From a virus, in the IMG/VR virus record IMGVR_UViG_3300014208_000033, positions 1 through 64,000 of that record: a stretch of DNA of 64,000 nt; one strand, written 5' to 3'. This document shows, piece by piece, positions 48,996 through 58,122 of the stretch. Numbering within the stretch: position 1 is the stretch's first letter; each line of letters starts with the position of its first letter. The notes beneath the pieces are model-generated. The model saw nothing but the letters and a program-made list of their open reading frames with translations, made no database searches and had not been told where the DNA came from. The position numbers and the translations under genes are program-made.

Positions 48996-49822
48996 TTGCT
49001 TCCATCACATGTCTGTCTCGGGAACAACTCAGGGTATTTCTTCTTCATCTTTATGTTAGCGTTTCGCCAGTAATCCTCGGCGTTATTCGGCAAGTCATTA
49101 GCAGTAACATGCTTTGTGTGCCATATGAAATTACTCTGATCTATCCAGACACCATAACCCTTCTCACCAGCCCGATAACAATAGTCGATATCTTCACCTG
49201 AGAGTGGGAACTCTTTGTCATCGAGTAACCCAACCTCTTTCAGACAATCGTTGCTGATGAACATAGCAAATCCTGTAATCCATAACACCCTACGAGGGAT
49301 TACTTTGTTCATTCCCCACGAATACCCAAAGCACTCCTGCATAGCCGTTCGTGTCTGCATCTTCGTGAGGTCTTTAGCGTCACAGATATGTGTCTGCTGC
49401 AAGCCAGCAGCCCGATTAGTCATCGGCCCAACTATCCCAACCTTTGCGTATCGCTTGATGATGTTATACTGCTTGACGATCTTGGTTAAGAAGTGGTCAT
49501 GAACAATTACGTCGTTGTTCAGTAACAACACATCTTCGTTAGTAACTTCTTTGAGAACTTTGTTATTACCCTTAGCGAACATCAAGTTCTCTTCGCTACG
49601 GATAACCTCTACATTATACTGACGAGGTGGCATGTCAGTCAACTTAGTGTTGTAAGTGAACTTCTCTTTTGAACCGTTGTCAAGAATACTGAGTTGAACT
49701 TTGTTGTAGTACAAAGTGTTCTTGAGAAGTTCGTTGATAGCGAAGTGAAGTGAGTATAACATCTTGTCTGTATCTTCAAAGTGGTTGCAGACAAGAGTAA
49801 TGATTTTGAGTCTGTTTGACAT
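48992..49822 (-). CDS. Glycosyltransferase, GT2 family
   Basis: DNGS, N..FAKGNN, LLNND, EDIDYCYR, H. Confidence 0.9.
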   Translation of the reverse strand: MSNRLKIITLVCNHFEDTDKMLYSLHFAINELLKNTLYYNKVQLSILDNGSKEKFTYNTKLTDMPPRQYNVEVIRSEENLMFAKGNNKVLKEVTNEDVLLLNNDVIVHDHFLTKIVKQYNIIKRYAKVGIVGPMTNRAAGLQQTHICDAKDLTKMQTRTAMQECFGYSWGMNKVIPRRVLWITGFAMFISNDCLKEVGLLDDKEFPLSGEDIDYCYRAGEKGYGVWIDQSNFIWHTKHVTANDLPNNAEDYWRNANIKMKKKYPELFPRQTCDGSK

Positions 49823-49829
49823 GTTTTCC

Positions 49830-50723
49830 TTAGAGTAAAAAGTCGAATGAGAGTATAATGGACAGAACTTTCTTTACTGTGTTGATTGTAATCTCTTCAA
49901 TTGGAAGAAGGATATTCTTCTTTATGTTCTGCAACTGCTTAGGAAACCAAGCTTCAATTGGATTAGCGTTTTCCCATGTCTTATCGAATAGAAACACCGT
50001 AGGTGTCTTAGACAAGAAACCGATGTTCTTGAGTCCGTTATCGAAACAGAAGAAAATCTTAGCTTTGTCAATGATGGAGTTAACTTCAATTAGAGAAGTC
50101 TGACCACAAAGATTGATGAGTCTAAAACTCTTGAAGTTAAGTTTATCAAACTCTTCCTTCTTACCACCTAAGAAGAGTATTGGTAAGTCCGTTTCATGAA
50201 GAAGAATATTGATCAAGAGTTTGAACTTATCCTTTGACTTCTCATGTTGAAAACTCTTGTTAGAGTTACCAGTGAGTGATACACAAATATACTCTTTGAA
50301 TGGAAGATCAATTTCCTGAGTCTTAAGATGAATTGAAGTGTAGTCTATAGGATCATTGAGCTTAAGTACATTATCAGCATCATGAATCTTTAACTCGTAT
50401 TCGTCCTTGTAAACATGATTAAGTATCATGTCAGGTAAACGGTTAAAGAAATGGACACACTGTTCTTTCATCTTATCTGTGATGATGTTCTTGTTATTTG
50501 AAACGTCATCAAAGTCAATCTTGAGAATTCGTTGAACTTTGTGATTCAGACCAAGGATGAGATCAGTAAGTTCAAGAACCTTCTTAGGCTGTAACGGGCC
50601 TGAGTAGATTAAGTTCACCCCATCAAAAGTTGGGAACTCTTGATTGAGATATTGTTTCATTATCGGGAACAGTATGAGGAGATCGCCTACTGCCCCTCGC
50701 ATCCACACTATAGGATTATTCAT
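49830..50723 (-). CDS. Glycosyltransferase, GT9 (heptosyltransferase-like)
   Basis: GAVGDL...P, NLCGQTSL.E, D.G...TPTV.LF. Confidence 0.8.
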   Translation of the reverse strand: MNNPIVWMRGAVGDLLILFPIMKQYLNQEFPTFDGVNLIYSGPLQPKKVLELTDLILGLNHKVQRILKIDFDDVSNNKNIITDKMKEQCVHFFNRLPDMILNHVYKDEYELKIHDADNVLKLNDPIDYTSIHLKTQEIDLPFKEYICVSLTGNSNKSFQHEKSKDKFKLLINILLHETDLPILFLGGKKEEFDKLNFKSFRLINLCGQTSLIEVNSIIDKAKIFFCFDNGLKNIGFLSKTPTVFLFDKTWENANPIEAWFPKQLQNIKKNILLPIEEITINTVKKVLSIILSFDFLL

Positions 50724-51591
50724 GATCTAGAATATGTGTGTTATAAAACGACGATAAGAACATTTCATCATCATGATATCTATCAGAAACTTCACAGAAA
50801 GAAGCAGAAGGTGTATCAATAATTCTAGGTGCTTCAGAAGGGTGATACTTCCAAGGTTCTTTTGAATTCGACATAACATAAGTCTTATACCACTGGAAAT
50901 ACCAATCAAGGTACTTAGAATAAGTCGGATGATCTTTTCGGATCTCACTGAAGAACAATGACTTCAAAAACACCTGATTATCATCAACGTAGCAGAAATG
51001 ATCACAAAGAGGATGACCAATGATAGAAGCAGGACGTGAGTATTGCTCTTTCTCATTACCAATAGCGGGAGGTCGATGATCTAAGAAATTCCAATTCTCG
51101 TTAACCTTGAAAATCCTAGCAGGGTGATCTTCCCAAACCCCACCGTAAAGCCTCTTGTAATTAATCCAATACTTATTCTGCTTGATTGGAGCGATGTTAG
51201 GCTGAACAGCCTTAACCATCTGCTTGATCTCTAACATCGCTTCATCGGTGTACCACTCGTCTGCATCAATCTGCATGAGGTAATCCATGCCATCATAAGC
51301 AGCTTCAGCATATGCAGCTTGACACATCTCAAGCTTCTCTGAGAAGTACCCTTCGGTTAATTGCATAATAGTGCATGTTCCACCTTCAAGATTTTTGTAT
51401 GGCATAGTCTTAGGTTCAGTGTACTTAACCGGGACGACTATACCAAAATGATCATGAAGTGCTTTAATCTGAGGCTCAACAAATCCATAGACGACATACC
51501 ACTTATCAAAGTGTTTATGAAGGCGATTGTAATTTCTTGTGAACCACTCTATCGTAGCTGGATACACAAGTGAGAAAGCTGAGAACTTCAT
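50716..51591 (-). CDS. Glycosyltransferase (GT-A fold)
   Basis: QIDADEW DxD motif, RIFK, H. Confidence 0.75.
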   Translation of the reverse strand: MKFSAFSLVYPATIEWFTRNYNRLHKHFDKWYVVYGFVEPQIKALHDHFGIVVPVKYTEPKTMPYKNLEGGTCTIMQLTEGYFSEKLEMCQAAYAEAAYDGMDYLMQIDADEWYTDEAMLEIKQMVKAVQPNIAPIKQNKYWINYKRLYGGVWEDHPARIFKVNENWNFLDHRPPAIGNEKEQYSRPASIIGHPLCDHFCYVDDNQVFLKSLFFSEIRKDHPTYSKYLDWYFQWYKTYVMSNSKEPWKYHPSEAPRIIDTPSASFCEVSDRYHDDEMFLSSFYNTHILDHE

Positions 51592-52451
51592 ATCATATAC
51601 CTTTCACAAGTACAACAGTGTTCGATGTGTTCTTGCTTAGTCATTCTATTTCGGATCTCATTCATTCTAACCCCATTGAAAGCTTCATAGATATTCCCAT
51701 AGAAAGGAGCATCAAAGAAGTCTCCAAAGGTACACTTAGCATTCAAATCAGCACAGCACTTACCAACTTGCCAGTTAGAATACAGAACGAGTGTATTGAA
51801 AGGGAACGAACACTGTTTCGGGTACTGATAGTTACAATTATCAGTAGGTCCATTATCCCAATTATGAGTCTTACGAACATATGTTCGAGAATTGAGAAAC
51901 ATTATTTCATTATACGCTTGAATTAAATTCACATCTGGAACATCATACATTATTCCATTAGGAATGATAGACTGAATAACGGTCTTAATGTTCTTAGACT
52001 CATACACTCTCTCGCAATGGTCCTTGATCCTAAGAGCTATATTTCCACGGTTCCTGATACCGCGCGTAAGCTCATAAGTATTCTCATCGTAACCGTCGAG
52101 AGAGAAGCTAATAGTGGTTACAGATTTGTCGTTAGGGAGCGACTTGAGGTGTTCCGAAAATTCGGAACGCCACAGAGAGCCGTTAGTGTGAACTAAGCAG
52201 TTATAACCTAAGATGTTACAGATTGAAATGAACTTCAAGAAATCAGGATGGGTTGTAGGCTCACCAGAAAGAAACAGTCTAATCTCAGGAAGATTCTCAG
52301 GGTGCTCGATCTTATATCGCTCAAGCACCTCATGAAAAATCTCAGGGTCCATAAAATGAACTAGTCGCTTTTTCTCGTCACCACAGATACGGCAGTTGTA
52401 ATTACAGCCGTTAGTGATCTCAAAGTTGACTACCTGTAACTGAGACTTCAC
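51588..52451 (-). CDS. Radical SAM protein with a SPASM/twitch domain
   Basis: EITNGCNYNCRIC, GEP, TNG, SLDG, C..P...CC.D...C..C. Confidence 0.9.
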   Translation of the reverse strand: MKSQLQVVNFEITNGCNYNCRICGDEKKRLVHFMDPEIFHEVLERYKIEHPENLPEIRLFLSGEPTTHPDFLKFISICNILGYNCLVHTNGSLWRSEFSEHLKSLPNDKSVTTISFSLDGYDENTYELTRGIRNRGNIALRIKDHCERVYESKNIKTVIQSIIPNGIMYDVPDVNLIQAYNEIMFLNSRTYVRKTHNWDNGPTDNCNYQYPKQCSFPFNTLVLYSNWQVGKCCADLNAKCTFGDFFDAPFYGNIYEAFNGVRMNEIRNRMTKQEHIEHCCTCERYMI

Positions 52452-53038
52452 AACTTCACCGCTTCAATCCTGAAACAAGGCTCATCCTTTGCGTGATAGT
52501 CTGTTCCATCAGAGACGTTAGTGACCTTGAGATTAAGCTTTCCAAACATTTCGATGAGTTCCCACCGGCTGAATCCCCAGGTATGAACATCACCGATGTT
52601 ACGGTCAAGTCCGTAGAAGTGCTTCTTCAAATTCCATGTAGCCTTAGTATCGTTGTAAGCGCATGCATCATAATACTTATAGACCAACTTATCGAAATCA
52701 GGAACTTCGATAACAAGAGTTCCTCCTACCTTCAAGAACTTAATCCACTTGATCAGGATATCTTCAGTACAGGTGTTGTACTGGCTCTGACAGTTGTTAC
52801 GCGGGCGCCCAAGATGCTCAAGTGCATGATAAGACGAAATCTCATCAGCCACTTCATAGTCCCTCTGGAAGAACTTATAGAGGTTTTTGAGTGTAGTGAT
52901 GTTGTCACAGAGGAAATAGTTAGGTGGCTTCATATCAGCCAACATAGGCTTAATGTCCACGTTCACATAACCGTTCATGTAACAGGCACCAGAGCCGAAG
53001 TTAAACTTTCGCGGGACGGTTCGCAATAACTCGTTCAT
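52448..53038 (-). CDS. Class I SAM-dependent methyltransferase-like protein
   Basis: NFGSG...GYVNVD, HALEH, LKVGG.L.IEVPD. Confidence 0.85.
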   Translation of the reverse strand: MNELLRTVPRKFNFGSGACYMNGYVNVDIKPMLADMKPPNYFLCDNITTLKNLYKFFQRDYEVADEISSYHALEHLGRPRNNCQSQYNTCTEDILIKWIKFLKVGGTLVIEVPDFDKLVYKYYDACAYNDTKATWNLKKHFYGLDRNIGDVHTWGFSRWELIEMFGKLNLKVTNVSDGTDYHAKDEPCFRIEAVKL

Positions 53039-53819
53039 TTTTACCAAATCTCTCTTCAAACTCTTTTGACCACTTATTGTAGAGTTTCTGCTTGTTACGC
53101 TCAAAGTCTTCCACTACTGTAATTCGGTTCTTCCTCTTGAAGTCATCGTAGAACGACAAGAAAATCGGAAACGACAAATAGTGAAAGTTCTTGTGGAAGT
53201 GAGTAAGGATATAATCCCAGTCAACCAATCGAGTGAACTGTTCATCAAATCTGATATCAGACTTAGAGAAGAAACACTGATTCAAGTCAATTCGATTACT
53301 CTGCAACTCAGCCTTAAAGTCCAGGTTAGGCTCAACCCTAAACCCAACGTGGAACAATCCTGGACTGTTGTGGTAATGCTTCTGCTGCCTGATAACAGCC
53401 TGCCCCACGCAAAGGAGGAGTCGTTGAGTAAGAGGCTCAAGCTGAGGATACTGCTTCATCAGCTTAATGTGGTCAGTGACTTTCTTCAACGCCTCGATAT
53501 GATACCAGTTATCACAGTCAAGGAACCCGACGTATGAGCCTGCAACATTCTCAAGGCCAACGTTCCTACTGTAGCTCACACCTTTGCGTTTGTTGTTTAC
53601 GATTATTCGGATTCTTGGATCAGCTAATGCTGCATGCATTTCATCTCTGAGACAACCCTGAGACTTTTTACCGTCAAAGATGATATTCCACATGAAGTTC
53701 GTGTGAGTCTGTGCAAGCATGTTCGTAACACAGACTTGAAAGAGTTCATGGTTTGGCTTGTATACAGGTGTGATGATAGTGATCTTATCATCTAAGTGTT
53801 GCTTAAGATCGACGATCAT
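53001..53819 (-). CDS. Glycosyltransferase, GT2 family
   Basis: IITPVY, SRN.GL, FLDCD, DWD. Confidence 0.88.
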   Translation of the reverse strand: MIVDLKQHLDDKITIITPVYKPNHELFQVCVTNMLAQTHTNFMWNIIFDGKKSQGCLRDEMHAALADPRIRIIVNNKRKGVSYSRNVGLENVAGSYVGFLDCDNWYHIEALKKVTDHIKLMKQYPQLEPLTQRLLLCVGQAVIRQQKHYHNSPGLFHVGFRVEPNLDFKAELQSNRIDLNQCFFSKSDIRFDEQFTRLVDWDYILTHFHKNFHYLSFPIFLSFYDDFKRKNRITVVEDFERNKQKLYNKWSKEFEERFGKNERVIANRPAKV

Positions 53820-55035
53820 TTCGCTTCACAATTCCTTCCGCTGTGAAAAAGTATTTCTTGTCCTTGAGTGAGAGTTTGTGCTCTGAGATCATGTTAGTAA
53901 GTCTCTCAGCCTGGATAGAGTCTCTGATCTCACGCTCGTAGTCAGCCTTCTCATCCTCATCGATGTTATAGCTGAACGTCTTACTTCGCTCACTGAGATG
54001 ATTAAGCACACTCATCCACTTAGGAGCCATCTTGTTAATGTGATAATTTTCCATCACATATTTATAAGCAGCCTTGCCAACCTCAGTGATCTTTGAACGG
54101 TTTTCAATCAGCGACTCAAGAATACCAGGAAAATCCTCAATCTTATCAGCCAAGAAACCATTCTCACCATTGACGATATCTTTGTTCCAAAGCTGACAAT
54201 TAGAACCAACGAAACACCGCTTGAACATACCAGTCTCAAGGAACTTGATATTCGACTTGCACACCGAGAACTCATTTTCCACCAGCGGGGCAATGCAGAT
54301 ATCGAAGTCGAGACTGAACAGCATATCGTAGAAGTTGTTTGAGTTAACCCACGGGAACAACTGAACCATTCCAGTTTTCATCAAATTCAGCGGAGCCCAA
54401 CCAAGGAAACAGAAATCGACCTTATCGTAATACTTCTTAACTAGTGGAACAAGCAAGTCATCAAGGACTTTCCAGTCCTCTTGATGGTGCATTCCACCCC
54501 ACCAGCCGACAGAGATTTTTCGCTTAGAAATGAAAGAAGAACGCTGACTATCGATCTCAGATTCGCTATGAGATTGATATATCGCGTTCGGTATAACAAC
54601 TATGTTTTCAGTTCTACCAGTAGCCTTAGTCACAGCCTCTTTCAACTGAGGTGTCGTAGTGGTGATGATCTCAATCTTAGACAGCGCGAGCTTATGAGTA
54701 TCGATAGGGTCTTTCTTGGAAGTCCTCTTATACTCAAGCAGATCCCAATAGCAAGGGTTATGTGACGGCAGGGCGAAGAAGTTATCATCAATATCAACGT
54801 ATGAAATTGACTTAAACCTATTCACTCTGTTCATCATCTCATCGCCCATTGGACGCTGGAACCCAATCACATCAAATTTGTGGTTCTCCCTACCAAACCA
54901 CTCATAGTCAAGAATAACATCAGAGCCACATGCATCAATCTGATCTAAGTCATTCAAGTGGGCGAGAGGAATATATCCACGGTAAAAATAACACCCACCG
55001 TTATCAGGAGCCAGAAACAGAGGTCTTGGTTTCAT
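53803..55035 (-). CDS. Glycosyltransferase, GT4-like (GT-B fold)
   Basis: GC.FYR...P, DIDD, VIPNAI, GW.G...H..D, IAPL..N.F..CKSNIKFLE. Confidence 0.88.
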   Translation of the reverse strand: MKPRPLFLAPDNGGCYFYRGYIPLAHLNDLDQIDACGSDVILDYEWFGRENHKFDVIGFQRPMGDEMMNRVNRFKSISYVDIDDNFFALPSHNPCYWDLLEYKRTSKKDPIDTHKLALSKIEIITTTTPQLKEAVTKATGRTENIVVIPNAIYQSHSESEIDSQRSSFISKRKISVGWWGGMHHQEDWKVLDDLLVPLVKKYYDKVDFCFLGWAPLNLMKTGMVQLFPWVNSNNFYDMLFSLDFDICIAPLVENEFSVCKSNIKFLETGMFKRCFVGSNCQLWNKDIVNGENGFLADKIEDFPGILESLIENRSKITEVGKAAYKYVMENYHINKMAPKWMSVLNHLSERSKTFSYNIDEDEKADYEREIRDSIQAERLTNMISEHKLSLKDKKYFFTAEGIVKRNDRRS

Positions 55036-55207
55036 TATTCTCCACCTTTGCGAAAAGCATTGCAGTATTGAGGAAAGCAAGTGCAGTAAAGACACCACCA
55101 ATTACGTTATACCAGAAGAACACATGGTTAAGCATGAATGCAGAGAAAGCAAGTTCAGCAGCAACTACGATAGATTGTGCTGTAGCCTTACTAGATGAGT
55201 GAGTCAT
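55004..55207 (-). CDS. Small two-TM membrane protein
   Basis: AAGGA RBS before MTHSS; two hydrophobic segments. Confidence 0.55.
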   Translation of the reverse strand: MTHSSSKATAQSIVVAAELAFSAFMLNHVFFWYNVIGGVFTALAFLNTAMLFAKVENNETKTSVSGS

Positions 55208-55220
55208 TGTTAATCCTTTT

Positions 55221-55297
55221 TGGTGGGCGTAGCAGGGTTCAAACCTGCAACTAAACGGGTAGAGGCCGTTTTCTCTATTCATTTGAGTTATACGCCC
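55221..55297 (-). tRNA. Atypical tRNA, Arg(UCU)-like
   Basis: GGGCGTA/TACGCCC acceptor stem plus ACCA; anticodon arm AACGG-CCTCTAC-CCGTT; T arm GCAGG-TTTGAAC-CCTGC. Confidence 0.7.
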
Positions 55298-55306
55298 AGT
55301 AAATTG

Positions 55307-55873
55307 TTACTTCTTCAACTTCAAGAAAATCTCAGTAGGGATGATTCGGCTCAACTGCTTGAAGTCAGCCTTATGAGTCTCAAAGGTCGGGAGTTCATTC
55401 AGAGGCTCGTACTTCTCACCACAGAGATTCTTGATAGCAGTAAGATAGCCGATGTGCTTATCATCAGCATCATTTCGAGCCTGAAGAGCAAAAGCGTAAC
55501 GCCAGTAATACTGCTCACCAATACTCATGAACTCAGCAGCAAGGCTAATTGCTCGACTATTGCTATTAACGATCTTGTTGATCCTATCCTTCAGATTAGA
55601 TAGCACTATTTCATTAAGCAGCCTCGACTTCTTCATCGCATCATATCCACGCTGAAGGTCAATGATGAAATGAATAGTGCTAGGAAGTCCAGCAATCCTA
55701 CCGTAACGACGAGTCCTAGAAGTGAAGAGCCCAAAGTAGAAACGACTCTCTTGATTGCGATTATTCGTAGTACCGAACTCATCATCACTGTCAATGGGCT
55801 TGAAGTAGTCTCCACGAAGTTGAACCTTATAGAAGTCATCATCATTACTACGAAGCTTTTCAAGCTTATTCAT
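55307..55873 (-). CDS. Hypothetical protein
   Basis: Long ORF; probable start MNKLEK. Confidence 0.65.
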   Translation of the reverse strand: MNKLEKLRSNDDDFYKVQLRGDYFKPIDSDDEFGTTNNRNQESRFYFGLFTSRTRRYGRIAGLPSTIHFIIDLQRGYDAMKKSRLLNEIVLSNLKDRINKIVNSNSRAISLAAEFMSIGEQYYWRYAFALQARNDADDKHIGYLTAIKNLCGEKYEPLNELPTFETHKADFKQLSRIIPTEIFLKLKK

Positions 55874-55907
55874 GATCCTACCACTGTACAGCATATCTAA
55901 CCTTTCT

Positions 55908-57056
55908 TTACATTGTTCTGATGGTTCCGTCAGTTGCTACACCAATGAGAGCACCTTTAGTAAGTTCATAAGTTCCAGTACCCCAAGTAACAGGAACAAA
56001 TCCAGATTCGATCATCTGGTGTCGTTCAGGACCACTACCAAACAAAACACAGGGGGTAGTTAGGTTGTTCTTCATAAAAGAAGAAAAAGCTTCAAAATTC
56101 TTAATTAAGTGCCCACCCCACTTGGAATAAACCCTAAATCCATCAATCTTTTCAATCATATCAGTTTTAGTGAAGCAAAGACCTGTGACTCCAGCCAACT
56201 CAATGACATACTTCAACTCTTCAATATCCAACCACCCAAGCACCATCGGTCGATTATTTGGATCACCGTATTCGTACTCCATTCCAATAGTACGAATAGT
56301 TTCAATTGTCTTACTAAATTCAACTGGTCGGCCCATTCGACCTGCACCAGTACGGGTGTTATATATCTTGCTAATTCCAAGAATCTCAAGATCACGAAGT
56401 TCTTGCCTCATACCAAATGAAGTAAGAACATTGGCAGGCATTGTTCGTTGACTAACAAAAGGATAATCACCGTGAACAAGATCAAGCTGAACACTCTGAG
56501 AACCTTCAAAGAGAACTCGTTTACCGTTGGAAATGAGATCATTAACAAGATCGAAAGTATTTACAATGAACACACCTTCAATAGAACTAAGAGTTTCATT
56601 TCCAAGAACAGTCATAGCAGTTCGATTAGCTCGTCGTGCAGCGGCGGGGCCAATACCTTTACCAGTAGTTAAAAGGCCGTCGTTAGGATGATCAGCCTTG
56701 ATATCTTCATCGGTAATTACGATACACTTCTTATCGATGTAGAGATCAAACTTCACATCAGGATTAGTCTTACGAACGTAATCAATCTCGATTTCGAGAG
56801 TCTTGGGATTTACATAGCACTCAGGTCCAATGATGCACATCTTACCAGAAGCACAACCAGAAGGAAGGTGATTAAGTTCAAGCCGAATCTTATCATTGAT
56901 CTTGATTCCGTGTCCAGCATTAGGACCACCGGTAAATCGAACAACTGCATCGTAGTTCTTGTTAGAAGCAAGATAGTCAATAACTTTACCCTTGCCTTCG
57001 TCTCCATGTGTAATACCAACGACACAGAGGCATTGACGATCAAACATCTTCTTCAC
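55908..57056 (-). CDS. purA: Adenylosuccinate synthetase-like protein (short form, divergent Asp loop)
   Basis: GDEGKGK, GGPNAGH, LPSG, TTGKGIGPA, EGSQ, GDYPFV, GWLD, TK.D, GP.R. Confidence 0.9.
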   Translation of the reverse strand: MKKMFDRQCLCVVGITHGDEGKGKVIDYLASNKNYDAVVRFTGGPNAGHGIKINDKIRLELNHLPSGCASGKMCIIGPECYVNPKTLEIEIDYVRKTNPDVKFDLYIDKKCIVITDEDIKADHPNDGLLTTGKGIGPAAARRANRTAMTVLGNETLSSIEGVFIVNTFDLVNDLISNGKRVLFEGSQSVQLDLVHGDYPFVSQRTMPANVLTSFGMRQELRDLEILGISKIYNTRTGAGRMGRPVEFSKTIETIRTIGMEYEYGDPNNRPMVLGWLDIEELKYVIELAGVTGLCFTKTDMIEKIDGFRVYSKWGGHLIKNFEAFSSFMKNNLTTPCVLFGSGPERHQMIESGFVPVTWGTGTYELTKGALIGVATDGTIRTM

Positions 57057-57288
57057 CTTTCACTGTAATTGAGTTAGCAACGTTAGGAAGAACTGACATT
57101 CTAGTTGACATTGAAACGATCTCGATGCCTTTATTGTATTTATCAATCTTCAAATTGAAATTTCCAAACTTAGTCTTTATGATGAAGTTATCAGATATGA
57201 CAACATAACTTTCTTGTGGAAGTGATTTATAGTAACCAACCTTAGACTTCTTCAACTTACATCTTATTTCTTCAAAGTAAATCTTCAT
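57040..57288 (-). CDS. Hypothetical protein
   Basis: AGGAG RBS. Confidence 0.6.
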   Translation of the reverse strand: MKIYFEEIRCKLKKSKVGYYKSLPQESYVVISDNFIIKTKFGNFNLKIDKYNKGIEIVSMSTRMSVLPNVANSITVKGEEDV

Positions 57289-57309
57289 CGTTTCTCCTAA
57301 GATATAAAT

Positions 57310-57498
57310 GTTCTCACCGGCTAGAGTTTCTTACTCTAGTTCTTCCAAACTTTCATAGCTTAAAGATTACTGTTGGGCTACCCATGCAATTTCGCGGTAA
57401 TGGGTTAGTTGAGTGGAACGCCTAGTTCTCAACTATTACAGAATCTTTAACTGAAAGACTAATGGCTGTTTTAGACTCATGAAACTAACGGTGAGAAC
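57310..57498 (-). ncRNA. Structured ncRNA, 6S RNA-like rod (~189 nt)
   Basis: Terminal pairing GTTCTCACCG/CGGTGAGAAC, central bubble, CTTTCA/TGAAAG, TTAAAGATT/AATCTTTAA, two apical hairpins. Confidence 0.6.
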
Positions 57499-57512
57499 AA
57501 GAAAATTGACTA

Positions 57513-57600
57513 TGGCGGATGCTGTAGGATTTGAACCCACGAATGGTTTCCCATTGCCGCATTTCAAGTGCGGTGCCATCAGCCGCTCGGCCAAGCATCC
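57513..57600 (-). tRNA. tRNA-Ser(UGA)
   Basis: CCGCA-CTTGAAA-TGCGG, long variable arm, G discriminator plus CCA. Confidence 0.95.
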
Positions 57601-57603
57601 AGT

Positions 57604-57678
57604 TGGAGCCGACGATTGGATTTGAACCAACAACTTACTGATTACAAATCAGTTACGCTACCGTTGCGTCACGCCGGC
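57604..57678 (-). tRNA. tRNA-Thr(UGU)
   Basis: GCCGGCG acceptor stem, ACTGA-TTTGTAA-TCAGT, CCA end. Confidence 0.93.
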
Positions 57679-57700
57679 TCGTTCTACCTCTTACACATGT

Positions 57701-57729
57701 ATAATACTCTAATCTTCAACTGGAGCCAA
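57701..57729 (-). promoter_or_regulatory. sigma70-like promoter TTGGCT-N17-TATTAT upstream of the tRNA/ncRNA cluster
   Basis: Same GTATTATACATGT core as the promoter at 11364. Confidence 0.65.
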
Positions 57730-58122
57730 CAATATCTTATGGTTGAATTTGATAGTCCCATCTTCATCTATTACTATAAGAAGTTTGTTCTTCTTCTTAG
57801 CCCAGTTTATCGAGTTGAGTGTTCCATGAGACTTCAAATCCCAAAAGGCTACACATATGTCACAGTCATCTACTATCTTTTCGTTTCTGATGAAGCCGGC
57901 GGCCTTACCTAATGTCTTCCAATCTGGCTTGTAAATCTTAGTTGGAACAGAACACATACTAGCTATGTTCTCAGCACACTTATCAACACCGTTAGCACCA
58001 CCCGAAACAACAATACAGTTCTCAGGAAGATGTTTAACGAAGTTCTCCACTAACTTGAGATTACCGTAATCCCTAGACCCGACTATCGCTATTCGGAGTT
58101 TCTTTGGAGACTTGTTTTTCAT
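57709..58122 (-). CDS. SLOG-family protein (DUF2493/YspA-like)
   Basis: IAIVGSRDY, VSGGANGVD, AGFIRN, AFWD..S.GT. Confidence 0.85.
   Translation of the reverse strand: MKNKSPKKLRIAIVGSRDYGNLKLVENFVKHLPENCIVVSGGANGVDKCAENIASMCSVPTKIYKPDWKTLGKAAGFIRNEKIVDDCDICVAFWDLKSHGTLNSINWAKKKNKLLIVIDEDGTIKFNHKILLAPVED

Noticed and set aside
55908-57056. PurZ and a 2-aminoadenine (Z) genome
   Set aside because: The catalytic Asp in GDEGKG and the GTP-type TK.D motif are retained, and no DatZ- or MazZ-like gene is seen in the window.
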